Shown piece after piece: positions 48,225-61,590 of a stretch of 64,000 nt of DNA; position 1 is the stretch's first letter, and each line of letters starts with the position of its first letter. The position numbers were made by a program, and so were the translations under genes. The stretch is taken from positions 50,594,001 to 50,658,000 of the forward strand of contig CM059432.1 of NCBI GenBank assembly GCA_030390025.1, written 5' to 3'. Below the pieces are notes generated by a model. The model did not search any database. It saw only the letters and a list, made by a program, of their open reading frames with translations, and was not told the origin of the DNA. The stretch comes from Squalus acanthias (taxonomy: Eukaryota).

Positions 48225-48806
48225 ATGATGGAGCTGTACAAAACGCTAGTTAGGCCACAGCTGGAATACTGTGTGCAGTTCTGGTCGCCACACTATAGGA
48301 AGGATGTGATTGCATTGGAGAGGGTGCAGAGGAGATTCACCAGGATGTTACCTGGGCTGGAGCACTTCAGCTATGAGGAGAGACTGGACAGGCTGGGGTT
48401 GTTTTCCTTGGAGCAGAGAAGACTGAGGGGGGATCTGATTGAGGTGTACAAAATTATGAGGGGCATAGATAGGATAGATAGAAGGGAACTTTTTCCCTTA
48501 GTAGAGGAGTCAATAACCAGGGGGCATAGTTTCAAGGTAAGGGCCAGGAGGTTTAGAGGGGATTTGAGGAAAAACTTTTTCACCCAGAGGGTGGTTGGAA
48601 TCTGGAACTCACTGCCTGAAAGGGTGGTAGAGGCAGGAACCCTCACAACATTCAAGAAGCATTTAGATGAGCACTTGAAACGCCATAGCATACAAGGCTA
48701 CAGACCAAGTGCTGGAAAATGGGATTAGAATAGACAGGGCTTGATGGTCGGCGCGGACACGATGGGCTGAAGGGCCTCTTTCTGTGCTGTATAACTCTAT
48801 GACTCT
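48225..48806 (+). mobile_element. CR1 3' fragment, close relative of 4890-5760
   Basis: Uninterrupted ORF 48225-48728 (LYKTLVRPQLEYCVQFW...GKWD). Tail ACTCTATGACTCTA. Confidence 0.95.
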
Positions 48807-49177
48807 AAAAGATGTGTGTTGCAATTTATAAAAACATTTGGACAATGATCTAGCAATCCATAAAATAGCTGTCACTTCTATTAGAAGCAATTAATAAACT
48901 TGATTGACAGTAAAAAAAAATTGTGGTTTACATGAGTGTGCTTACTTGGAAGTTCTATCTTGCACAATAGGTCTCAAAGAGCCATATCCTTAATACTTAC
49001 AATTGTAGAATGCTGTTTGAACTAAGCTTTGTAACCACGGGGCATAGACAAAGTAGTCAGAAAGCATACGGGAGTGAGACACAAGTAGAGACACAGTCAC
49101 AGGAAGAGAGAGATATTTTCTTCCACCCCAAACATGGGCAATGTCACAATCAATTTTTAAAAAACCCCTCTGTAACA

Positions 49178-52100
49178 GGATGAGGTCCTAAAAGCTGAAT
49201 ATAGGGAGTTAGGAGGTAAATTAAAAAATAGGACCTCAAAGGTAGTAATCTCAGGATTGCTACCAGTGCCACGTACTAGTCAGAGTAGAAATAGAAGGAT
49301 ATTTCAGATGAATACGTGGCTGGAAGAATGGTGCAAGGGGGAGGGATTCAAATTCCTGGGACATTGGAACCGGTTCTGGGGGAGGAGGGACCAGTACAAA
49401 CTGGACGGTTTGCACCTGGGCAGGACCGGGACCGATGTCCTAGTGTTTGCTAGTGCTGTTGGGGAGGGTTTAAACTAAAATGGCAGGGGGTTGGGAACCT
49501 GTGCAGGGAGACAGAGGAAAGGGAAGCAAGGATAGAAACACAAGACAGGAAGGAGAAAAGCAAAAGTGGAAGGCAGAGAAATCAAGGGTGTAAATCAAAC
49601 ATGGCCACAGTAAACAATAATTCTAAATGGTCTAAGAGTGTTAAAAAAACAAGCCTGAAGGCTCTGTGTCTTAATTCGAGGACCATTCGTAATAAGGTGG
49701 ATGAATTAGCGGCGCAAATAGATGTAAACGGATATGATATAATTGGGATTATGGAGACATGGCTCCAGGGTGACCAAGGCTGGGAATTCAACATCCAGGG
49801 GTATTCAATATTCAGGAAGGACAGGAAAAAAGGAAAAGGAGGTGGGGTAGCATTGCTAGTTAAAGAGGAGATTAACACAATAGTAAGGAAGGATATTAGC
49901 TCTGATGATGTGGAATCTGTATGGGCAGAGCTGAGAAATACCAAGGGGCAGAAAACGTTAGTGGGAGTTGTATACAGACCCCCAAACAGTAATGCTGAGG
50001 TTGGGGATGGCACTAAATGGAAATTAGAGACACGTGCAATAAGGGCACAGCAGTTATCATGGGTGACTTTAATCTACATATAGATTGGGCTAATCAAATT
50101 AGTAACAATACTGTGGAGGAGGAATTCCTAGAGTGTATACAGGATGGTTTCCTGGACCAATATGTCGAGGAACCAACTAGAGATCAGGCCATCTTAGACT
50201 GGGTATTATGTAATGGGAAAGGATTAATTAGCAATCTTGCTGTGCGAGGCCCCTTGGGGAGGAGCGATCATAATATGATCAAATTCTTCATTAAGATGGA
50301 GAGTGAAGTAGTTGACTCAGAGACTCGGGTCCTGAATTTAAATAAAGGAAACTACGATGGTATGAGGCGCGAGTTGGCTAGGATGGATTGGGGAACGTTA
50401 CTTAAAGGGTTGATGGTGGATAGGCAATGGCAAACATTTAAAGATCGCATGGATGAACTACAGAATTTGCTCATCCCTGTTTGGCATAAAAATAAAACAA
50501 AAAAGGTGACTCAACCGTGGCTAACAAGGGAAATTAGGGAAAGCATAAGATCCAAGGAGAGCACATATAAATTGGCCAGAAAAAGCAGCAAACCTGAGGA
50601 TTGGGAGCAGTTTAGGATTCAGCAAAGGAGGACAAAGGGCTTAATTAAGAGGGGGAAAATAGAGTATGAGAGTAAGCTTGCAGTGAACATAAAAACTGAC
50701 TGTAAAAGCTTCTATAGATATGTGAAGAGAAAAAGATTGGTGAAGTCAAGCATAGGTCCCTTGCAGTCAGAATCAGGGGAATTTATAATGGGGAACAAAG
50801 AAATGGCAGACCAATTAAATATATACTTTGGTTCTGTCTTCACAAAGGAGGACACAAATAACCTCCCAGAGATGTCGGGGAACATAGGGTCTAATGAGAG
50901 GAAGGAACTGAATGAAATCAGTATTTGTAGGGAAATGGTGTTAGGGAAATTGACGGCATTGAAGGCCGATAAATCCCCAGGGCCTGATAATCTACATCCT
51001 AGGGTACTTAAGGAAGTGGCCCTAGAAATAGTAGATGCATTGCTGGTTATCTTCCAAAATTCTATAGACTCTGGAACAGTTCCCATGGATTGGAGGGTAG
51101 CTAATGTAACCCCACTATTTAAAAAGGTGGTAGAGAAAAAACGGGGAATTATAGACCGGTAAGCCTGACATCGGTAGTGGGGAAAATGCTAGAGTCCATT
51201 TTAAAAGATGTAATAGCAGAGCACTTGGAAAACAGTGACAGGATCGGACAAAGTCAACATGGATTTACAAAAGGTAAATCATGCTTGACTAATCTACTGG
51301 AATTTTTTGAGGATGTAACTGGTAGAATAGATAAGGGAGAACCAGTGGATGTGGTGTATTTGGACTTTCAGAAGGCTTTCGATAAGGTCCTGCATAAGAG
51401 ATTAGCGTGCAAAGTTAAAGCACATGGGATTGGGGGTAAGGTACTGACTTGGATAGAAAACTGGTTGGCAGACAGGAAGCAAAGAGTTGGAATAAACGGG
51501 TCTTTTTCCGAGTGGCAGGCAGTGACTAGTGGGGTACCGCAGGGATCGGTGCTAGGACCCCAGTTATTCACAATATATATTAATGATCTAGACGAGGGAA
51601 CTAGATGTAATATCTCCAAGTTTGCAGACGACACAAAGCTGGGTTGGCGTGTGTGCTGTGAGGAGGATGCAGAGAAACTCCAGTATGATTTGGACAGGTT
51701 GGGTGATTGGGCAGATGCATGGCAGCTGCAGTATAATGTGGATAAATGCGAGGTTATCCACTTTGGTGGCAAAAACAGGAAGGCAGATTATTATCTGAAC
51801 GGCAATAGATTGGGAAAAGGGGAAGTGCAACGAGACCTGGGTGTCCTTGTGCACCAGTCGCTGAAGGTAAGCATGCAGGTGCAGCAGGCGGTTAAGAAGG
51901 CAAATGGTATGTTGGCCTTCATAGCGAGATGATTCGAGTACAGGAGCAAGGATGTCTTGCTGCAGTTGTACAGGGCCTTGGTGAAACCACACCTTGAGTA
52001 TTGTGTGCAGTTTTGGTCGCCTTATCTGAGGAAGGATGTTTTTGCCATGGAGGGAGTGCAGCGAAGATTCACCAGACTGATACCTGGGATGGCAGGAATG

Positions 52101-52553
52101 ACGTATGAAGAGATTGGGTCGATTGGGCTTGTATTCGCTCGAGTTTAGAAGAATGAGAGGGGATCTCATTGAAACTTATAAAATTCTAACAGGACTAGAC
52201 AGACTAGATGCAGGAAGGATGTTCCCGATGGCGGGGGAGTCCAGAACCAGGGGTCACAGTCTAACAATAAGGGGTAAGCCATTTAGGACTGAGATGAGGA
52301 GTATTTTCTTCACCCAGAGAGTGGTGAACCTGTGGAATTCTCTACTGCAGAAGACAGTTGAGTCCAATTCATTAAATATATTCAAGAAGGAGTTAGATAT
52401 ATTTCTTAAGGCTAAGGGGATCAAGGGATATGGGGAGAAAGCAGGGACAGGGTACTGAATTTGGATGATCAGCCATGATCGCATTGAATGGCGGAGCAGG
52501 CTCGAGGGGCCGAATGGCCTACTCCTGCTCCTATCTTCTATATTTCTATGATT
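49178..52553 (+). mobile_element. 5'-truncated CR1 LINE: ORF1 C-terminus plus full-length but broken ORF2
   Basis: ORF1 esterase-like tail (LLPVPR...WLEEWC...DGLHL, stop ~49478). APE endonuclease (CLNSRTIRNK, ETWL, GGGVALLV, VYRPP, MGDFN, SDHN). RT (DFQKAFDKV, GVPQGSVLGP, KFADDTK). Frameshifts near 50015, 51125 and 52110, stop at 51930-51932. Tail TTCTATATTTCTATG. Confidence 0.97.
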
Positions 52554-55500
52554 TTTGTATGCCTTTCAAAGAGGGTGTATTGTATGCAAGAATACACACA
52601 TGCTTACCAACTTTAAAATACAAGTCCATAAACAAGTAAAAAGGGAAACAAAACTCTTTAATTCAACCATATTGTTAAACTTTTCCAGCGTGGTTAAAAC
52701 ATTTCAATTATCAGTTGAAAAAAAAATTCATCAGAACAGCAATTCTCAACCTTCTTTATTTCAGAACCCCCTTTTGCAAAAATCAGAAAATTTTACAACC
52801 CTTTCTTTTCCTGTGACCATAATTTACCCATGACTAACTAAATAGTAAAAAGTTAATTCACTTCCTGAACGACCCCTCTTTGCCACTCTGCTCCTTGAGG
52901 TACTCTCCCATCCCACTCAGGTGCTCCTCCCTGCCACGCACATGGCTGCTGGTCCTGGCTCCTTCCTTACACTTTTGCTTGCCCAGGAGCAGATTTTTTG
53001 ATCTGCCAAAAACTTACAAGAACAGAAATTCACACTTGCAGCACACAGCAAAAAATCAACGCCTAGAGCAAAGCAGAAGCATCAAGTAGCAGTTAGGACC
53101 AGCACCGAGGAGCACTTCAGGAAGCAGAATGGCAAGTGGTCATGGGCCCTCCTCCAAGGAGAAAAGAATTGGTTCAGAACCATTGCCATATAAAAAAAAT
53201 AAAGAACCAATGAAGCAGTGTGCTGAAATGAAACATTTTTTTTCTGTGCTATAAAGGTAAACATTTCTTCTTGGGTAAGCGAAATTGGCAATACACTTTT
53301 TAATGTACTCTTCGTTCCTAAAATACATATATACTTGCCTACTATTGAAGATAGATGTTGCCAAAACCTTTGCTTGGAATTACTGCATAACAGTGAATAG
53401 CACTAAATTATATCAAACCAGTGAAATCCAATCTATTGTGATGCAATTAGCTTAGATTCTTGGCCACACATTACAGTACTTGCAAAACTGCAAGTTGTCA
53501 GTGTTTCATGTGCAGCTCAAAAAGCTAGACCCAGTGTAGGTTTATTAAAACAATATGATCAGCATTGGTAAACATAATATTGAATGTTCTGATAATGCTA
53601 TAAATGCAGTACACAATGTAACAATTTTCTCATTTGTATGCAAGACTTGTAACTTACAAGCATTATATGCACACAAAGTGACTTCTGAAGGCCTTTTTTC
53701 TAAATAAAATTGGTAAAGTAGTACCACTGGGTGTGGCATTATGTAGTTATTGTTTGGCTTGGGGCTTCAAATTGTTCCAGAACACTTTGTACCAGATACA
53801 CCATTCACTCAAAACACAGGTGAATTTTACTGCATTTTTATTTGCAACACTGTGAATCATCATTGTCCAGAAATTCAGAAAGATGGTCGTTTGTAAATCG
53901 CAGGTTTGCACCCAAAATTTCCAAACCTCTGGGGGAGGTACTAAACAGAAAATAATAGTCTTCCCACAAGAAAAATGGGAATCAGTACAAGTTGTTCCAG
54001 GCCACCTGCACAGGAACATTAGAATTGGTCTGCGCAAACAATGCCTCCCAACACGCTTGGCCTGCAATTGATGCACGATTCAGACTGAGAGGAGAGAAAA
54101 TATTTTGAAATAGGGCCAAAAACATACATGACTTCACAGTGCTTCATTACAAGTTAAACCACAAGAACTATTGTTTACATTTGATCTCGCATTCAAATGT
54201 TATCCATCATTTCCAAAAATCCTTAAGGATTGTGGAACCAAATTCAGTTTAAGCAAAATGATGGCTTATTATTCTACGGTTCATTCATATTTAGAGACAG
54301 AAAAGAAGTTTCTAGGAAAGGGAAAAAAGAAGCCCCAGAGTTTAAACCATTCACCAAATGTGACTTACAGCTGTCAAGATGATCTGACAAAAAGAAGGAT
54401 TACAGGTTTACGTAGCATTTATCACAGATCAGGCCAGAGAAGACTGAAAAGATTTGGAGGTGTTCCTTCTGCAAGTATGAAGAAAGTGAATAAACCCGAG
54501 GTGATCTGTCAAGAGAAACACATGTACCCAATTAAAACATGCAAAATAAAATTAGAGGGAAACCATGCATTAAAATTAAAATGTCAAAATGCACCCTCTC
54601 CTTCCTCTCAAACATTTAGCAATTAACAAATTAATTTATAAAATCAAGTTGTGAAATGAATAACCATTAACCCTGGACAACTACAGTAGCAGTTCTATGC
54701 ATGTTCAAAGTTAGAACAATATTCTTTGAAATGTGCTCATTCCCATCTAATATTTGGCATTACACAGTAAATTTGCTTACTGGAATGTCATTTGTGCAAA
54801 TTATATATAATATGGCAGAAAAGGCACTCCGTAAAGCCTAAACAAAAATGTACTATTCAAATACAAGCATTGTAATTTTGTTCCATTCAAATTTCATTTA
54901 AGTCTTATTCTCTATTAACTTTTAATAGATTTTAGTGATAAGAAATTACTTAGCTTTAAACTAAACACAAATCTGGCATATTGCAATCTTTAATGGCAGA
55001 AACAAATCAAAATTTGCCTTTAAGAACCTGAGCAGCAGTTCTTCAAATAGCTCAGTGAGAGAACATACCACACACCCAAAGAGACGAGGAAGGTTCAATT
55101 CCTACTCTGTACTAACAGCCAAACTTAGAGTATATAACAATTGGTCGCACCAATATTATCTTCACAAGTGAAATGTTGCATTGTTTCCCAAGGTGTATTT
55201 GGTTTGTGAGGATAGCGTTCTTAAAATAAAATAATAAATTGTTCTTTATTTCAATAGGAATTATTACAAGTGCTAAGACTCTTTAAAATAATTCCAAATG
55301 CTGTTGATTCTAGCTGAGGTCCACTCTTAAAAGTAACCTCACATATTTTAATATGCACCAGACAGCTGAAGAGAGCATTTCCACCTGTTGTAAACTAGTT
55401 GGCATGCGTCCAAATGATCACAATTGTTACATTCTCTTGCAAAGTCCACTCCATACTAGAATTATGGTAGCTTGCCTATAGAATACTAAATGCTACAGGT

Positions 55501-55800
55501 GTTCTACAAGACAGAGCTAAACTGAAACTCTGCCACTGAGATGAAGTTACAATAACCAGGACCTGTAGAGCAATCTTCAAAGTGGATATACTGTACATCC
55601 CATGCTGAAGAATTATTTTTGGGAGGGGCACATTCTGGCATCTCACCAAGAATATTTACATTTTTAACACTTTATTTGATGCATTTTTCCAGCATTTTGG
55701 AGTAAACTATTTGTAGACAGTTATTAGAAGCCAGACCACAGCCAGCATCTAGAAGCTACCCATTCACAGCCAACACGAGACTTAAGAATTTGACATTTAA

Positions 55801-56639
55801 GGCCGGCTATACCTCGCGCATCTTTTGTGCTCCCTGTTACCACATCTCTTCAGCTTTTGCCAAGTCTCTCCATGCATTGACATCATGTCTCTATCTCTCT
55901 TATGCAGCAGGGAAATAATTCCATCAGGAGGGAGGGAGAGAGAGAGAAAGAATGAGAGCAAGACCGACCAGTTAAAGGGCTTGCGCATCAAAAAAATTAC
56001 AGGGAACATTGTTTCCAGCATCCGCAGTATTTTGCTTTTGTATTACTGATGTCATCAAGCTGGCTATGCAACCAATCACATTGAAGAATTCTCACAGACA
56101 GCAAACCAGGAAGTAAAATGCACTGATTTTCCTTCACTTTTTAATCATTTTACCGAGAACGAAATAAAGATTGGGACATACACATGGGATTAAGGTAGAA
56201 ACTGAAATATCATTAACAAACTTTTTTTTAAATTACAAAAAAACATGGAACTTTTATCACAATGGAAAAATTTGACATTCCACAAATATAGTTTGTTTTT
56301 CAGGGCCAGAACGGTTGTTCAGCAGTAATTATGACACAGTACGCTATTAAAAACCCAGTTACACCTCATTCAACAAGCCTTAACTTTTTCGGAGGTTTTT
56401 AAGAGCAATATTCCAGCGTAAAATCGTACGTTCTCGTCAATTCAGTGATTTCAATTGATTGCCGGCTGTGGGGAGTTCAACAGCGCGCCCTGTGGAGGGA
56501 CAGGGAATGACTGACAGCAACTTCTGGATTTCCGCGTTTAACTGCACATGTGCGTATTCCAAAAGTTGCTGACAGATTCATAGTTGTAATGACGGCGAAC
56601 GTTGACAGTTTCACTGTCATACAACCGCAAATTCCTGGC
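55801..56639. mobile_element. Probable MITE related to 46378-47122
   Basis: Shares the layout of a GA-rich tract plus a subterminal CAGCAACTT...AAGTTGCTG hairpin. Right end GCAAATTCCTGGC; termini degenerate. Confidence 0.4.
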
Positions 56640-57503
56640 ATTTGAACTAGATCACTCACTTGATGGCATCAATTGATTGTTATTGATATAAATATGACCA
56701 TTGTTATTTGAATTACAGGATACTGATTTTAGTTTATTTCCTATTAATGGCACCACCTTTCATGGGGGCACTTTTAAATGTTCTGACAGGATTGGGGTTA
56801 CCTCAATGCCATTACTTATTGGTCTGTACAAAACAGATCAACCAACCAAACAACCATTCAGAAAAAATCTGCATTATTACCTGACGACATAACACACTTT
56901 GCATTTAAAACAGCTGACTAGTGTACATGACAGTCTAACATCATTAGGAGAACGTCAATCATCAGATATAATTGTATCACGATGAGCCAAGGAGGGAGAT
57001 TAATTTTCACGTGTCACATCATTACGTATTGGTCCAATGGCCGAATGCACAGGAATGGATTATCTTCCTCAACACCGAAATAGATAAGAGGGGTGATCCC
57101 AAAATAAAATGGGTGGGTTCCTGTTTGTCTGATTCAGCACTGCTTTGGCTGTTCTTTTCTGAAAGCACACTATAATTAGATCTGCTTCTAATACCACAAC
57201 TCAAATTCATTTGTGCTGAGCAGTTATTTCTCAACAACTCTGAATCCTCTATAAATCCAAAGTCCAGTTTATGTAGATTGTAGTAAAAATTTCAAGAAGG
57301 CATCTCATAGAAAAGTGAGAGAGAAAATTAGCATGCATAGCACTGGAGGCACTGTGCCGAGATGGACCGAATCCTGGCTGGGAAATAGGAAACAGAGAAT
57401 TTGTATCAATGGCAGGTATTCTGGGTAGAGGGGCATGATGAATGGGATCCTTTCAGAAATGACCTGGAAGAAGGTGTCGGTAGCTTCATCTCAAAGTTTG
57501 TGA

Positions 57504-58546
57504 ATCTTCTTCTTAGGCAGTCCCACGGAACCGAGGATGACTTACTTCCACATTAAAAATGAGTTCTCAGGTGACTGATGAGTCCAATGCGGGACCTACA
57601 GTCTCTGTCACAGGTGGGGCAGACGGTGGTTGAAGGGGTGCTTGGGTTGATGTGCACTCCTTGCGCTTGGCTTCCACTTGCTCCCGGCGAAGAGACTCGA
57701 GGTGTTCGGCGCCTTCCTGGATGCTTCTCCTCCACTTTGTGCGGTCTTGGGCCAGGGATTCCCAGGTGTCAGTGGGGATGTTGCACTTTTTCAAGGAGGC
57801 TTTGAGGGTGTCCTTGAAGAGTTTCCTCTGCCCACCTGGGGCTCTCTTGCCGTGTCGGAGCTCCGAGTAGAGCGCTTGTTTTGGGAGTCTCGTATCGGGC
57901 ATGCGGACGATGTGACCCGTCCATCGGAGCTGAGCGAGCGTGATCAAAGCTTCGATGGTGGGGATGTTGGCCTGAGCGAGAACACTGATGTTGGTGTGCC
58001 TATCCTGCCAATGGATTTGCAGGATCTTGCGGAGGCAGCGTTGGTGGTACCTCTCCAGTGCTTTGAGGTGCCTGCTGTACATGGTCCATGTCTCTGAGGC
58101 ATACAGCAGGGCGGGTATCACTGCTGCTCTGTAGACCATGAGCTTAGTGCCGGGTTTGAGGTCCTGGTCTTCAAACACTCTCTTCCTCAGGCGACCGAAG
58201 GCTGCACTGGCACACTGAAGGCGGTGTTGGACTTTGTCATCGACGTCTGCCCTTGTTGACAGTAGGCTCCCGAGGTATGGAAAGTGGTCCACGTTGTCCA
58301 AGGCCTTGTCGTGGATTTTGATAATCGGGGGCAGTACTGTGTGGCGGGGGCAGGTTGGTAGAGGACCTTTGTCTTACGGATGTTTAGTGTTAGGCCCATG
58401 CTCTCGTACGCTTCGGTGAAGGTGTTGAAAATGGTTTGGAGTTCGACCTCCGAATGAGCGCAGATGCAAGCGTCGTCTGCATACTGTAATTCGACGACAG
58501 AGGATGGGACGACCTTGGATCTGGACTGGAGGCGACGGAGGTTGAC
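57504..58546 (-). mobile_element. RTE-clade LINE 3' fragment
   Basis: ELQYADDA (~58470-58492), GLTLNIRKTKVL, FPYLGS, LLYASETW, QLRWTGHIVRMPDTRLPKQALYSEL, C-terminal CPTCDRDCRSRIGLISHLRTH, and a short (AAG)n tail. Confidence 0.92.
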
Positions 58547-58574
58547 ACAAAAGTAGCAGAGGTGCCTAATGAAG

Positions 58575-59225
58575 GTGTCAGCCTTGGCTCAGTGGTAGGT
58601 CTCTCGCCTTTGAGTCAGTAGGTTGTGGGTTCAAGAGTCAGTAGATTATGGGTTCAAGCCCCACTCCAGAGACTTAAGCACATAATTGAAACATATAAAA
58701 TTCTTATGGGGCTTGACAGGGTAGATGCTGGGAGGATGTTTCCCTTGGCTGGGGAGTCTAGAACTAGGGGTCAGTCTCAGAATAAGGGGTCGGCCATTTA
58801 GGACTAAGATAAGGAGAAATTTCTTCACTCGAAGGGTTGTGAATCTTTGGAATTCACTACCTCAGAGAGCTGTGGATGCTCAGTGGTTGAGTATATTCAA
58901 GACAGAAATCAATAGATTTTTGGATACTAAGGGAATCAAGGGATATGGGGATAGTGCGAGAAGGTGGAGTTAAGGTAGTAGCGGAGCAAGCTTGAAGGGC
59001 CAAATGGCCTACACCTGCTTTCTTATGTTCTTATAATCTAGGCTGGCATTTCAGTGCAGTACTGAAGCAGTGCTGCACTGTCAGAGGTGCAACACTCAGA
59101 TGAGCCGTTAAATTGAGGCCCCATCTGCCCTCTCAGGTGGGGGTAAAATATCCCATGGAAATACTCAAAGAGCAGGGAATTCTCCTAGTCTCCTGGCCAA
59201 CAACACCACCACTACCAAAACAGAT
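58575..59225 (+). mobile_element. tRNA-derived SINE interrupted by a CR1 3' fragment (~58687-59032)
   Basis: Head TGGCTCAGTGG...GGTTCAAGCCC. The SINE body resumes at ATAATCTAGGCTG after a CR1 piece; ATAAT is duplicated at both junctions. Confidence 0.75.
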
Positions 59226-59226
59226 A

Positions 59227-60710
59227 ATAGAATCACAGAATGATACAGCACAGAAGGAAGCCATTCAACCCATCATGCCTGTACCAGTTCTTAGGTAGAG
59301 CTATCCAATTAATCCCACTCCCCTGCTCTTTCCCCATAACTCTGTAATTTTTTTCCCCTTCAAATATTTATCCAATTCTCTTTTGAATGTTACTATTGAA
59401 TCTGCTTCCACCACCCTTTCAGGCAGCGCATTCCAGATTACAACAACTCGCTGTGTAAAAAAATGTTTCCTCATGTTGCCTCTGGTTCTTTTGCCAATCT
59501 TCTTAAATCTGTGTCCTCTGGTTACTGATCCTTCTGCCAATGCGAACAGTTTCTCTTTATTTACGCTATCAAAACCATTCATGATTTTGAACATCTCTAT
59601 CAAATCTCCTCTTAACCGTCTCTGCTCTAAAGAGAACAACCCCAGTTTTTCCAGTCTCTCCACATAACTGAAATTCCTCATCCCTGGTACCTTTCTGCAC
59701 CCTCTCCAAGGCCTTGACATCCTTTCTAAAGTGTGGTGCCCGGAATTAAACACAATACTCCAGCTGAGGCCTAACCAGTGTTTTATAAAAGGTTTAGCAT
59801 AACTTCCTTGCTTCTGTACTCTAGTCATAAAGCCAAGGAGACTGTATGCTTTTTTAACAGCCTTCTCAACTTGTCCTGCCACCTTCAAAGACTTGTGTAC
59901 ATACACCCCCAGGTCTCTCTGTTCCTGCACCCCCTTAAAATTGTACCATTTAGTTCATATTGTCTCTCCTCATTCTTCCTACCAAAATGCATCACTTCAC
60001 ACTTCTCTGTGTTAAATTTCATCTGCCAAGTGTCTGCCCATTTCACCAATCTGTCAATGTCCTCCTGAAGTCTGTTACTATCCTCCTCAATGTTTACTAC
60101 ATTTCCGAGTTTCGTATCATCTGCAAACATTGAAATTATGCCCTGTATACTCAAGTCCAGGTCATTAACATATATCAAAAAGAGCAGTGGTCCTAATACC
60201 GACCCCTGGGGAACACCACTATATACCTCCCTCCAGTCTGAAAAACAACCATTCACCACTACTCTCTGCTTTCTGTCCCTTAGTCAATTTTGAATTCAGG
60301 CTGCCACTATCCTTTTAATCCCATGGGCTTTAATTTTGCTAACAAGTCTATTATGCGGAACTTTGTCAAACACATCAACAGCACTACCCTCATCAACCCT
60401 CTCCGTTGCTTCATCAAAGAACTCGATCAAGTTAGTCAAACATGATTCGCCTTTAACAAATCCATGCGGACTTTCATTTATTAGCCCATACTTTTTGAAA
60501 TGCCAATTAATTTTGTCTTGGATTATTGTCTCTAAAAGTTTCCCCACCACCGACGTTAGGCTGACTGGCCTGTAGTTGCCGGGTTTAACCCTCTCCCCTT
60601 TTTTAATAAGTGGTGTAACATTTGCAATCCTCCAGTCCTCTGGCACCATCCTCATATCCAAGGAGGATTGGAAGATTGTGTGCAGAGCCTCTGCAATTTC
60701 CACCCTCATG
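59227..60710 (-). mobile_element. CR1 LINE (RT to 3' end)
   Basis: Minus ORFs 60296-60784, 59885-60259 (GVPQGSVLGP, FADDTKL) and 59301-59930. Confidence 0.95.
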
Positions 60711-60929
60711 TAGATTATGTTGTCATTTATCTTATTGTTGTGAGACTTTGCTGTGTGCAAATTGGCTGCCACGTTTGCCTGCATTACAACAGTGGCTACA
60801 CTTCAAAAGTACTTCATTGACTGTGAAGTGCTTTGGAGTTCTGAGGAAGTGAAAGGCAGCTTATAAATAGAAGTTCTTTTTCCTTCTTAATACAGTGAAG
60901 ATGGGGCAAGCTACATAGGAACTTAGACT

Positions 60930-61590
60930 GGGGAGGTCGACAAATAATTGGCAGATGCAGTTTATAATCTCAATATAAGTGTAAAGTCATGCACTTAGAG
61001 AAGCGCAATTATAGGATTAAGATCAGGAAAGGGATCTGGCAGTTTTAGTAAAATCCCACAAGACATCAAGCCAAAATCTGGCTACTATCAAGAAAGTAAA
61101 CGGATGTTAGGGGACTGGAGTGTAGATCAAAGGAGGTTATCTTGCCACTAAGAGAGTGTTGGCCAGACTTCTGAAACATTCATTACAGGAAGGATGCATT
61201 TGCTGAAAAAAGTGCAAAGAGTTACTAGAATGATTAGGGGACTAGAGAATAAAACATACGTGGATATGCTCACAGAAGTGGGACTCCTCATTGGAGATGA
61301 AGAGACTGATGAGAATATTGAGATATTAAAATTAGTAAAGCTTAGGAATATAGAGGACAGTCAGGACAATTTGATTTGCTACAGGATAGCTGAACAAGTA
61401 TAAGCTGATTCAGGCGGAACAGAAAGCATTACTTTCACTGACTAGTTTCTGGTATATCTTGCTAAGGGAGACTGTAGGGGCAAGTAGCTTAGATCTCTTC
61501 AGAAATCACTTCATCAATTACAACTGTTAGGACAGTAGGAAGGCGGATTAGATGAACACATGGTCTTTTCTGGTCCCAAGATTTTCTGTT
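60930..61590 (+). mobile_element. Highly decayed CR1 3' fragment
   Basis: TGGCAGATGCAGTTT...AAGTGTAAAGTCATGCAC (WQMQF...KCKVMH) and KVQRVTRMIRGLE. Confidence 0.6.

Noticed and set aside
50712..52484. Minus-strand ORFs of 76-193 aa (similar ones at 5912, 17137, 20491, 48371, 59383)
   Set aside because: Antisense shadow frames of CR1 ORF2 that recur wherever CR1 occurs.
54171..54626. 151-aa ORF in unique intronic DNA
   Set aside because: Non-ATG start, no recognisable motif, AT-rich composition; likely chance.
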